Positions 11,496-22,514 of a DNA stretch of 64,000 nt are shown here, in pieces. The notes below the pieces were generated by a model. The model did not search any database. It had not been told where the DNA came from and was given only the letters and a program-made list of their open reading frames with translations. Numbering within the stretch: position 1 is the stretch's first letter; the number at the start of each line of letters is the position of its first letter. Location: the NCBI GenBank assembly GCA_026026165.1, contig JAPEUD010000025.1, positions 1-64,000 of the forward strand, read 5' to 3'. Source of the stretch: Sarea resinae (taxonomy: Eukaryota). The translations under genes were made by a program, and so were the position numbers.

Positions 11496-12716
11496 ATGGG
11501 CAGATATTCTTCCGATCCTGTCTGGGAGGACATCGTCCCGCTCCCCCAGGACGATGGTGGCCCCAATCCGCTCGCTGCCATTGCGTATCCAGAAGATTAC
11601 AGCGAGGCCATGTCCTATCTGCGCGCCGTCATGGCCAACAATGAATTCAGCGATCGCACGCTCGAGCTTACGGAGGACATCATCGACATGAATCCTGCGC
11701 ATTACACGGTCTGGTATGTCGCAGTCTACACGTAACCAAGCGGGAGAGCGTCTTCATCGTGGAGCTGGGAGCTTACTGCTTGGCGGTCAATGTCCGAGGC
11801 TCATTCGGTCACTCTACAGGTTATATCGAGCCAAGATACTACTCGAGCTGAAGAAAGATCTTCGAGAGGAAATCCAATGGGTCAATGATGTCGCACTGCG
11901 TCATCTCAAGAACTACCAAATCTGGTACGGCCTCTCGTCGTAAAGCCTCTTGTTATCCTCCTAACATTTCATAGGCATCACCGCCAGCTAATCATGGACA
12001 AACTCGATGACCCTACCGGCGAGCGCGCCTTTATCGCTCAGATGTTCACTCTCGACTCCAAAAATCACCACGTCTGGACCTACCGCCAATGGCTGGTTCC
12101 TCGCTTCTCTCTATGGGACTCGGAGCTTCCAGACATCGAACGCTTGCTTGAGGAAGACATCCGCAACAATTCGGCCTGGAATCATCGCTGGTTTGTCGTA
12201 TTCGGGCGCGCAAAGCTTTCGAAGGAAAAGGCAGCGTCGGAGCAGACAGAGACAAGTGAGGCCTTGGAAACAGAAACTCTTCCCTCGTCTATCATCGACC
12301 GCGAAATCACCTATGCCCAAAACGCCATCCTCCTCGCCCCCCAAAATCAGTCTCCCTGGAACTATCTGCGTGGTATTCTTCGGACCACGGGCCGTCCGCT
12401 CGCCACTCAGGCTGCTTTCGCCGAACAATTCGCCTCGCTCGACCATCCAGACGAGGTTCGCTCAAGTCATGCGCTTGATCTGCTCGCAGATCTGTACGCA
12501 GAGGAGGCAGAGGGTGCAGAGGGGGGGGAGACTGGACAAGAAAAAGGCAAGGCAGGAGAGGGGAATGCGGAGAGTGGCAAGAAGAAAGCAGAGCAAGCAT
12601 TGTTGTTGCTGGCCGAACGGTACGATCCTATCCGCAAGGGCTATTGGCTGTGGCGGAGAGAGAGACTGGGTCTAGGAGAGGAGAATATGGCGACTGTCGC
12701 GGCAGCGAACGCTTGA
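11496..12716 (+). CDS. RAM2: Protein farnesyltransferase/geranylgeranyltransferase-I alpha subunit, 2 introns
   Basis: MGRYSSDPVWEDIVPLPQDD, PPTA repeats NPAHYTVW, KNYQIWHHR, DSKNHHVWTYRQW, DIRNNSAWNHRW, APQNQSPWNYLRG, YDPIRKGYW. Confidence 0.95.
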
Positions 12717-13578
12717 GAAAAATCGGACGATGAGGACTGCTCTTATGGTTGGGTTTCGTTGAGTCTCTGTGACTATTGCATTCCGTGGTGGCTTTCGGTG
12801 AACGGTGTCTCGTGCGTGCTGGGCTGACTGGATTTCTTCTTCCGAGCGAGCATTTACTTTGATTTAGCTAGTGGCATGTTGATATGCTATTTAGTAGTAC
12901 ATATGTGATACTAGAGTGCTGGCAATTCATCAGCGTCTCTGTTTGAGATAAATGGCATGTGTCGTAACTGCATGCAGCATATCATTTACCTCACAAGAAT
13001 TTGGCATCATTTGTGTGTCAGGTTGGCACGCATCTTGCCCAAGGTGAGGTGAGGGGAGGTATCATTGATGCCCGTGCAAGTGGAGGACAGGATACGATGC
13101 AGGCTGTCGGCAGTGGAGGGGCCTTTGCAGAGCCGAGGCCTGGGCCGATCAGCAGCAATTGCCGGGCCGGCTCGTGCTGTGTGGGGAATCCCTGCTACTC
13201 TACATGAGCTACAGCTCCGGCTCCAGCCCAGCTAAAGCTCGAATACACCACGACAACTCCGTCCCGCTCCTCGACGTGAAACCCAACAGCAAGAACAGAC
13301 TCACCATCGAGAACTCAGTGATTGCCTTCAAGCTGCAAGGCTTCCACATATCCGCACAAGAACTTCCGTGGGGCGACTTTCCATACGAGTCGAGCGTCGT
13401 TTGCTGGATCTGGAGCGCAGCATATTAGAAAGAAGACGTCGGAATATTTATGTGAGGGGCTCAGAAAGAGCTTGGACTATTAGCTTTGAGAAAGGACTTT
13501 GCCGTCATAGACACCCGATCTAATTCTAAGTCTGGCAACTATCGACAGCATTACGGTCCCACAAACACGCGCACAGCG

Positions 13579-15184
13579 ATGGCGAAGCCAAGTGTGATTC
13601 TGTACGTGGACATCGTGAGTCCGTTTGCTTATTTGGCGTTCCATATTCTAAAGGTAAGTCTCTACCTCTCTCCTCTGGCCCTAGGCTCTAGCCGCTGCGA
13701 AATCCTATCTCATATCCTTTACCGGTCCTTTGCCTATCAAAAGCACAATTGAGTTCCATTCTGACTCGTGACCCAGAACTCTCCCGCCTTCAAAGAATGC
13801 GACGTATCCTACGTCCCCATATTTTTAGGGGGCGTCATGAAAGCATGCGGGAATACGCCGCCGATAGCTATCAAAAGTGAACCTGCCCTCCCTTTTCGTT
13901 TCCCATGATTTGCTAAATTGGAGACGCTAATCTCTCTCTTTTTCATGGTTTAGACAAGAATAAGTGGATCGACCTTGACCGGCGACGCTGGGCGCAGAAA
14001 TTCGGGATCCCAATGGCCGAGACGGTCCCAGATGGTTTCCCGGCCATGACGCTGTCGGTAGGTCATGTTTGCCTTATCTCTTGTAGCTTGTTGACCTGCT
14101 GTATGGCGTGGTGCCCTGCTTTGGCCGTCGACTGAGCTATCCCGTTTTCTAAATATTTTCCCCCTTGTATTGAGATTCTCGTTCCTCTGCTCATCACTGA
14201 TGTCCTCGGGAACGCTCAGGTTCAACGTATCCTGGCCGCCATATCGATGCATCACCCTACCTCCCTCGTCGACGCCATAGCAGCCTTGTATCACGCATAC
14301 TGGGTCCAGCGACGGCCGATTACGTCACAAGAGGTCGTGGCAGCAGTGTTGGGCGATGTGTTCAAGGACCAGCAGGGCGTGGTCGCGGAAATAATGGAAA
14401 AGGTGCGTTTGTCCCAGCTCTTCCTGGACAATCTCGATTTAGTCCCCCCGCCCCGTGTTTTAACTTTGTTCTGTTTGTGGGATCGTACTATTGCTCGGCG
14501 GTTTCCATTCAACGACGGTGGAGCCTGTTTTGGAAATGAGATGATAGGGGAGAAGCTTGCATCCCAGAGTACTTCAAGAAATATGAAGGTTAAAATGCTG
14601 ACGTCTATGTGGCAAAAGAGCGCTTCGACTGAGGTGAAAGAATCATTGACAGCAAACACCGAGAAGGTGCTCAAGGATGGCTGTTTCGGATTACCTTGGT
14701 TTGAAGGTCGGTCTTCTCCTCTGGCATCCCCCTTCCTCCCCCTTTCCTTACCCCCCACTTTGCCCATCCTGTGTACCCTACCTCTCTACCCCTCTCCTAT
14801 TTCTCCTTTCCCACCTCTGTTATTTCCCCCTCGATCTTACACCATCCTCCTCTCCAAACCAACACCCACATCCCCCCATCACACGCCCCAACCAGCGCAA
14901 AGGCGCCAAACAAAACCCCTGGCGCATCGCTAACAGCACATCCCGAGCGCACAGCCACGGACCAAGCAGGCCAGACGGCGTATTTCTGGGGTTTCGACCA
15001 CCTGGGCCTGGTGGTGGATTTCCTCGGTCTTCAAGGCCCAAGGACGGCCGGGGCGGCCGGGGCGGCCGGGGGGTGGGATGGCAAAGCTGGTAGTGGTGGC
15101 GGTGGTGGCGGTGGTAGTGGTGGTGGTGCTGCAGATGCGGGGAGGGAGGGAGAGGAGAAGAGAGCGTGGAGGAGTTTACTTTGA
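13579..15184 (+). CDS. Glutathione S-transferase kappa / HCCA-isomerase (DsbA-like) family, 5 introns
   Basis: LYVDIVSPFAYLAF, VPIFLGGVMKACGNTPP, FPAMTL, GCFGLPWF, YFWGFDHL reconstructed across introns. Confidence 0.9.
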
Positions 15185-15988
15185 GACGTCCTTTTTTTTT
15201 TCCTTTCTTTCCCTTCCTTCTTTTCCTTTCTTTCTTTCATTCTTTCTTTATTCTGGCTGAAGAAAGGGGGGGGGGGGGTTTCCTTTCGCTGCCCTAGTCG
15301 AGCTGGGTGAGATTATTAATGGTTTGTTTGCTGTGGGGTTGTGTTGGGTGGGTGGGTGTTCAGGGCATTTGATATTTGATATTTGATATTTGGTATTCGA
15401 TATTCGATATTCGATATTTGGTTGGTATATTATATTGGAAAGTAGGAGGGGTGATATAAGGGCAGGGGTTTTGTCACTTACAGATTTACCTGCCTACATA
15501 CATATCTGCCTACCTGCCTACCTGTCTGCCAGCTTACTTACCTACTTGTGTCCGTGTCCGTGTCCGTGCCTGTGTCTATGTCTGTCTCTGTATTTGTCTC
15601 TGTCTATTTGGAGATAGGTACATGGATCAACGAACAACCCACGTGTTAGATCGCTCCGCTCCGATCAGCTCGGCTCAGAGGGCCAACTGACCAACTGGCT
15701 GCTGACTGACTGGCTGCCTAGGTAGCTAGGTAGTGGCTGGGGCCCACGGGCTCCTGGATCATCTAGATCGACGTGATGGCATTGCTGGAGATCTGGAGAG
15801 CCGCAGAGCCGGAGAGGCGGTGTGTACGACGATGACTTGACAGAATGTGGTAATGTGATATTCCGATGTTGTGACAACAATAATGATGATAAAGATAATA
15901 TAATGCTGGCATGCTAACATGATGGCATGGGAATAGAAACCTACGAGGTCGGGTATAAGGTATCAGGTATTAGGCAATCATGTATCAG

Positions 15989-16025
<37 letters not shown>

Positions 16026-16740
16026 GAAGGATGCTAAGGGGTCATTTTGATTTTGCATTGCGTTGGATTATACTGTATGGTTTGGTATGGTTTGGTATGG
16101 TCTGGTATAGTTTGGTATAGTATTGTATCGTATGGTAGAGTATCCCAGTCTATTCCATTTCGATCCTGCTATATTCCTATCCTGCTCCCCCCTTGTGCGG
16201 AGTTAGCTAGCTCTGTAGAGTGCCCCTCTGTATGTTGTCTCTGTAGCACGTCTCTGTAGCACGTCTCTGTAGCGTGTCTCTGTACGGTATTTTTATACAT
16301 CAGTTTTTCTTTCTTTTCTTCCTTTTCTTCCTTTTCTTCCTTTTCTCTTGCTCTTTTTCGCTCTCACTCTCTCTTGTGTTCTTTGGAGAGAACTGGTATG
16401 TATTGGATGTGTGCTTCTATGTGTTTCTTCCATCTTTCTTCTTTCTATCATCTCCGTCTCCCGTCTTGATCCCGATGTCCGTGTCGATCCCGATCTCTAG
16501 CTCCTCTGTTTCTCTTTTCCTTTCGATCATCTCCGTCTCTAAGCCCCTCTCTTTTGCATGATAACATCCAACGGACAACGGACAATGGACAACGAACCAC
16601 AGCAAACGAACAAACGAAACAACAACGAAAAGTCTATACACCGTACTATGATGCCACATTATGCCAAGCTATGCTATGCCAGCCTATGCTATCCCATCCC
16701 ATCCCATCCCATCCACATCGCTTCATCCATCCTCTAAAAT
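15185..16740. repeat. Dense microsatellite island between convergent GST-kappa and CobW genes
   Basis: G12, (ATTTGAT)n, (GATATTC)n, (CCTA/CCTG)n, (GTGTCC)n, (AG)n, (TATGG/TTTGG)n, (GTCTCTGTAGCAC)x3, (CTTTTCTTC)n, (ATCCC)n. Confidence 0.9.
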
Positions 16741-16787
16741 CTATAACCGCAACCAATCTAGTTCACGGACCAAACAAAAGGCAGAAA

Positions 16788-18134
16788 TCAAGTAATCCTC
16801 TTGACGCGCAAGGCGCCCTTGTCAGCGCCCGCTAACCGCACGGCGCCGTCGGCGGCTTCGAGCCGTTTCTGCCATTTGGCCGCCTCGCCGCGAGCGAGGA
16901 TGATGGTCATTCGGAGGGCCGGGTCGGCGTCGGCGTCGGCTCCGGAAGCGGGTGTGGGTGCGGGCGCGGAGGGAGAGGGCGCGCCGGAGGAGAGCGGCGG
17001 CGTGGGCAGGGGAACGAGGGTGGTTGAAGTCGTGGTCGTTGCTGGTTGCTGGGGAGGGGAGGGGGAGGGAGGTTGCGCTTGCGCTTGCGGCTGTGATGGG
17101 GGTGTAGAGATGGCGGGAGCAGGGACTAGGGGCGAGAACGTCCAGCGTCCAAACGCCCAGTTGAGTATGTATTTCCCTGCGACTGCTGCCGCTGCTGCTG
17201 CTGGTTCCTCGCTTGCTTTTTCCTGGTCATGTAGCGGTGTCGTCGGCGGGGCTGGAACGGCAGGTTCGCCATTGGACGCGTTCGGTGGACGCGAGGAGCG
17301 CATTATAGCTTTGATGCGATAGACTTCGTCCTTTGGGGCGGCTAACAGAAAAGATTCGAGCGCCTCGAGGTCGATGACGGATGTCTCGTTGGGAGAAGGC
17401 AGAGTCAGCGAGAGGACCTCGACTTCGCTCTGATGGTCATGTGCATGGTCCTCGTGCTCGTGATGATCGTGTGCATGTTCATCGTGAGCGCCATGGTCTT
17501 CGGAGTGGAACTCCTGCACCAGCTCTTTGGCAAGAGCTCTATCGACCCCTAAGATCACATCCTTGCCCACGCGCCCCTTATCGCTCTTGACGTACGCCGT
17601 CTCGATCCCCATGTCGCCGACCCGATCAACCGCATCCTCATATTTCCGCTCGTCTACCCCCTCCCACTTGTTGAACACGATCAGATCCGTATATCGCGCC
17701 TGCAGCTTGGCCGTATAACTCGTGTCTTCGTAGCCTTTCCAGTTTTCGACGTCGATGACGGCCACCACGCCATCGAGCACGTACAGGCCCGTCTCGCGGG
17801 AGAGTCTGTTCACCTCCATGGCGAGCGTGGCGGGGAAAGCGGAGCCCGAAGTCTCGATGATGATGCGGTCTGGGTGGACCGAGGTGAGGAGTGTTTCGAG
17901 GGCATCGGAGAGCTGGCCGACCAGGTTGCAGCAGATGCAGCCGTTCAAGAGTTCCTGGACGCCCGAGATGGCCGACGAAGACGCCAGTTGCGAGTCTACG
18001 GCCAGATCGCCGAATTCGTTTTTCAGCAGCGCGAGCTTGTAGTCGGGTGGGAGTTGGGGCAGGAGGTTCAGGATGAGGGTTGTTTTCCCCGAACCGAGGA
18101 AGCCCGTGAGGATCGTAATCGGGATTGGCGCCAT
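16788..18134 (-). CDS. CobW/COG0523 (G3E) zinc-binding GTPase/metallochaperone, intronless
   Basis: TGFLGSGKTT Walker A, NEFG, GCICC metal motif, ETSG Walker B, NKWE G4-like motif, His-rich linker, VYRIKA CobW_C motif. Confidence 0.93.
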   Translation of the reverse strand: MAPIPITILTGFLGSGKTTLILNLLPQLPPDYKLALLKNEFGDLAVDSQLASSSAISGVQELLNGCICCNLVGQLSDALETLLTSVHPDRIIIETSGSAFPATLAMEVNRLSRETGLYVLDGVVAVIDVENWKGYEDTSYTAKLQARYTDLIVFNKWEGVDERKYEDAVDRVGDMGIETAYVKSDKGRVGKDVILGVDRALAKELVQEFHSEDHGAHDEHAHDHHEHEDHAHDHQSEVEVLSLTLPSPNETSVIDLEALESFLLAAPKDEVYRIKAIMRSSRPPNASNGEPAVPAPPTTPLHDQEKASEEPAAAAAAVAGKYILNWAFGRWTFSPLVPAPAISTPPSQPQAQAQPPSPSPPQQPATTTTSTTLVPLPTPPLSSGAPSPSAPAPTPASGADADADPALRMTIILARGEAAKWQKRLEAADGAVRLAGADKGALRVKRIT

Positions 18135-18845
18135 GGTCTATCAAGAGATGAGGGAAGGTGAAAGCAGAGCAAATATGGACGAAGTAAGTATCAAAATTAC
18201 AATTGCAAACTTTGGTGGAAATTCCTGAAGGTGATGGTGGAGGGGCAGATGAGACCTGACGAATGCGGCGTGTCGATCACACCACGGAGATTGCCGAGCG
18301 ATAAGATTGAGCGGCAAAGCCCCGCGATTAGCTGAAGTGCAACTGCTGGTCCGACTCTCAAAAGGCAGATGATCAGGGTGATCTAGATCTCGAGACTCAT
18401 CTCGAAGGCGCAATTATCTGTTCTACGCAGTGAATTGGCCATCTGATATATATGCCGCCGTGCCATAGTAGAGTGTCGCGACCAGCATGGACGAAACAAG
18501 AAACTCATATCGCAAATCAGGAAAGAGCGAGAAATCTACAGTGTCACATCCGAGACGAGTAGGCCTCTCCTACGTCATCAGCCGATAGCCCTGATCTGCG
18601 ACGGGACACAGCTGGAGGGCGCATTACGACGCACCTCAGGCGCTCCAGATCAAGCCTCTGAACATAAAGTCAACATCACATCGACATCGGCGATTCCACC
18701 ACCATCACAACAACGCTGACGAGACAGCACACTCGCTCACTCACTCACTCACTCAATCAACAAATTGAGCCACTGAGATCATATACAACAAAGCTTCATC
18801 CTCCCCCGGACGGATCCAAAGCCCATCCACCCGAACGCCCGCACA

Positions 18846-19188
18846 ATGGAAACGATCAAATCAGCCCTCGGCCTCAGCAGCTCCCACGACGCCACCGAGC
18901 AAACCAAAGAGCAATCAAAAGGTGCCAAGTTCTTGCCTTCTTCCCCCTCCGCACCATCCCTCGCCGGCCCTCACTCCCCTTCGTCGTCGCCACCCAGCCC
19001 AACTCTATCGCAACCAATGACTAACACGCAGCCCTTCCCACCACCCAGACAACCAACCCCAAGCTTCGACGGAAGCCCACCAAGCCGTCGACTCCGCTCA
19101 CAACGAGCAGATCTCCGAGTTCCTGCGCGGCCAATGCCACAGCCAGGCCGGGAAGGACATCCCGAAGCCCGGAGAGGGCAGCGACTAG
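18846..19188 (+). CDS. Small hydrophilic protein (~71 aa); exons 18846-18921, 19049-19188
   Basis: Good start context (cacaATG), C-ending codon bias, ACTAAC branch at 19020; product METIKSALGLSSSHDATEQTKEQSKDNQPQASTEAHQAVDSAHNEQISEFLRGQCHSQAGKDIPKPGEGSD. Donor GTGCCA is weak and the acceptor choice is uncertain. Confidence 0.55.
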
Positions 19189-20505
19189 GTTCATACCTAT
19201 TCTAGAATCATAACGGTTCCTCGATACGGTTTGGCACTGCGGAAGAGGGCCCGGGTGTGAAGGAGGGAGGGAAGGACTTTCTACTAAATATTGCTATATG
19301 GGGGCATAACTTTCTCACCAGGTCTCGGCGAGGTCTGAGCAGTCGTTTGGGGAGTCGGGCATAACTTAGGGGTACATAACACTACATACGCAGGACTCGG
19401 CAACGATTCGAAGGAAAATGATGGGATGTCGGGGTTGATAGCACATCGCTGGTACTCAGAAACGTGTTCTGCAGAGCATCGAAATAAGAATTCATTTCTT
19501 TTCCACTCTTCGAAGCCAGTCAAGTATCTGATATCTCGATGAAAAAGCAATACTGGTCTCTAGCAACCAACCTGAGCCAGCTTGCTAGGAGTCCTAGGAC
19601 AGAGGCTAGCTATATAGTTAATCCTTACTATATACAATTAGAATTAAGATCGTGATCGAAATTTAGGAAGATAGAGGACCTCAATTCCTTCTCTTTCATA
19701 CGCCGAGAGGGCAGCAGGCAAGGTGGGAAGGGGTTGACTCTCAAGATAGTGATGAATGGGGAAATTCCAGATTCTTTGCTGAAATCTGGTAATCCACTCT
19801 CTCCCTCTCTCTCTCTCTCTCGGGAGAGCCACCTGCTCAGATACTACAGCCGTAAAGATATCCAGATATCTCTATTGTGTGGGCTCTACTCTCCTGCTCT
19901 CTCCCCTCTCGATCCACCCCGAGGGGATGGGAACGCTCTTAATGAAACTAGAACATCTCCTTTGATAGACACTCTCTTCTACCTGTGCCCTTCCTGATAG
20001 CGTTGACGCGCAAATTGAGCTCCTGCTTTCGCAAAGCTCATCTCATTCCGTCTCCGTTCCGCCCGACAAAACTCGGGATTCTTGATCGAGACCCTTGGTT
20101 CATTCTGCCGCTGCTCTGTGCTCTTCAGTCGCAATCTACCGTCAGGCCAAGCTGCGTGATCCCATCATACATCCGTTAAGCACACCGGCATGGCATGAAA
20201 GGCTGGCCCTTGTCAGGGTCGTCGTTTTTTCCAAGTATGCGAGACCGCGGTGAGCAACGAGAGCTAAGTAGAGCTAGAGTATGTCGCGGCTCGATGTCTC
20301 TTATTCTATACGCTCTTCGTGCCACGCCATTTCGCTTTCTCTAATACGAAATCAATTCCGTTCGCGAAGGGATGATCAGTTGCGACTTTGCAGCCCAACG
20401 TAAACAACTTTCACGAAAGGCTAACGTTTGGCCAGGAGGGCAGCTTTGGTAGCATAGCAGCAGCAGCGACCGCGTGTATATTGTGATTGCTGTACTTTCG
20501 CGGAT

Positions 20506-22020
20506 TCAAGGGCTTCTTGCTTCCTTGGGAGCGAGCTTGGTGACATCATCATGATCGTCGTTGTCCTCGTAATCATTACCATCGTCATCGTCTCCTCCGT
20601 GAGAAAAGAATGGTAACTGTGCTGGAACAAAATTTGAATTTGGGTTTGGATTTGATCCCATCTCTATTCCTTCTGGTTGCGTAGCTGGCGAAGGAATTGA
20701 GGTTGTTGATGCAATCGATTGTGGTAGTTCAGAAGACGATGGCTCTTTCAATTCGTAATTGATAGCGGTCAACGGCCGCGATATTTCGTCGCCTGCAGTG
20801 TCTTCTTCTCTTGGGGAGTTTCTTTGATCTTGCTGGGGCTTGACTTCCTTTGAAGAGGCCTCAGAACCCTCCGAGACACTCAGACCCCGCTTCAGTGCTA
20901 ACTTCAGCGCGGCATCGCGTTTTCTTTGGACTTCAGCCTCCTCTTCGTGCCGAATACGCTCTTCCTCCTTATTCAGATCGGCAATCGAAGGCACTGCAGC
21001 ATCATCCAAAATTCCAATCTGCGGTTGCGACTGCGGAGGAGTTTCATCCTCGAGTTCGGGAAATGATACCGTAGATCCTTCTCTTGCTCTTTTTCCGCTC
21101 CGACGAGACGAGTTCGTCGTCCGCGTCGACACACGCCCTCCCACTCCTGGCCGCTGCTTGCCGGAACGTGACGTACGACCGCCGCTTTGATCGTCAGCAC
21201 CTGGAGCAAACGAACCAGTATTGCGGCGCTCGAGCACCATGGCAAATTCGTCGTCAAGAGGAATGGCGTCATCTTCATCGTCGCTGGGAAATAAGTCCCC
21301 GCGCGAACTGTACGAGTCCATTGTGTTTCCTGAACCAGCCGTGCCGCTTCTCGTGCGCCCTTGTTTACGCTGCTCGTCGTGAGCAGTGCCCTCATCGCTG
21401 TCTTCGATAAGGGGTTCCCGTTCATGGGCATCGCGTCGAACCCCTCCTGGATTTTCCTGCAGATCTGCAGCCGAGGGCTTGTAGCGCAGCCCTTTACCGC
21501 CGAGTTTCCATGGCAGTCGGCCCAAGAACCCAAAAATGGACGTATTCGGTATAATGGTAGGATCTACGCCTCCATCGTGCGGTGGGACAGCTGTTTTCCG
21601 GGCAGCTCCTGCCACTTTGCCATCTTTGTCTTTGCGCGCGCCATAGCTCATTGCCCTCGGCCGGCCGGACGATTCTGCCTCGCCTCCTGTCGAGCTAGCC
21701 AACAATCGATCCAGCTCATCGTTCTCCCATCCTAGTAATCCAGCACCAGCGTCTTCGTCCTCCCAGTCGTCATAGAAATCAAAATTCAGCTCCGCACGGC
21801 CTCTTGAACGGCCACGGTTTCGACGCAGTCGTTGGTCGCGACTGGGAAAACAAGGACCAACGCAGTCGCCCACGCAATTATTGACCGACGAGAAGCACGG
21901 CGAAAGGTAATTGTGAGAGAACGAAAAGATGTTCGCTTGGGCGGATTCATTGGCGGACTCGACAGTGCCTGTGAATTGGTTCCAGGTCTGGCGGATGCGG
22001 GGATCATTGCGTCGCATCAT
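20506..22020 (-). CDS. Conserved fungal hypothetical protein, largely disordered (504 aa)
   Basis: Long ORF with family-like motifs (ELNFDFYDDWEDE, LLGWENDELDRLL, LRYKPSAADLQENP, SSRGDLFPSDDEDDAIPLDDEF, EEEAEVQRKRDAALKLALKRGL) and a Cys cluster near the N-terminus; a further upstream exon is possible. Confidence 0.75.
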   Translation of the reverse strand: MMRRNDPRIRQTWNQFTGTVESANESAQANIFSFSHNYLSPCFSSVNNCVGDCVGPCFPSRDQRLRRNRGRSRGRAELNFDFYDDWEDEDAGAGLLGWENDELDRLLASSTGGEAESSGRPRAMSYGARKDKDGKVAGAARKTAVPPHDGGVDPTIIPNTSIFGFLGRLPWKLGGKGLRYKPSAADLQENPGGVRRDAHEREPLIEDSDEGTAHDEQRKQGRTRSGTAGSGNTMDSYSSRGDLFPSDDEDDAIPLDDEFAMVLERRNTGSFAPGADDQSGGRTSRSGKQRPGVGGRVSTRTTNSSRRSGKRAREGSTVSFPELEDETPPQSQPQIGILDDAAVPSIADLNKEEERIRHEEEAEVQRKRDAALKLALKRGLSVSEGSEASSKEVKPQQDQRNSPREEDTAGDEISRPLTAINYELKEPSSSELPQSIASTTSIPSPATQPEGIEMGSNPNPNSNFVPAQLPFFSHGGDDDDGNDYEDNDDHDDVTKLAPKEARSP

Positions 22021-22514
22021 CTTGAAGAAGGGGCGTAAATTAGATGTGAAAGAGAATGACAGTCCAAAGAACAGCTAATTAATAGGATGATAGAAAGCCA
22101 CTGCTGTCGTCGTGGCAATATCGAGCGTCGGAGCAATCCCGACGCATTATTGTTACTATCGTTGTCGCTGGCAATGAATTGATTGTGGAGTGGTGGTGAT
22201 GATGATGATGATGATGAGGACAATAGATGGAGCTGTGGAATAGGAAGATAACGTGGTTGGTCGACTTGTGTACGTTATTGATTCCGTCCGTTGCACTATT
22301 CTTTGTGACTAAGCAATCCATTTATGCAACGTCGAAGATCTCCAAGATCGCAAATAAAGACGATCCATGTCATCATGCACGAGATCTATTTAGGGCTGCC
22401 AAGTGAGATGACCTGAGATGACCCGAGCTGGCTTCCTCTGCTGATATCGGAATCTCCTTTGGAACCAGAGAGATAGTGCGAGTATCGCAGGATGCCAATC
22501 TCGAGTTCATCTCG

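Noticed and set aside
15185..16740. Possible CRISPR-like or transposon-derived repeat array
   Set aside because: Units are short heterogeneous microsatellites with no spacers, terminal repeats or transposase; eukaryotic context.
16047..16835. Phe/Leu-rich apparent membrane ORFs
   Set aside because: Derived from (CTTTT)n and other simple repeats.
18374..18379. CAGGGT possible ZafA/zinc-response core upstream of CobW
   Set aside because: Single hexamer with poorly matching flanks; expected by chance.
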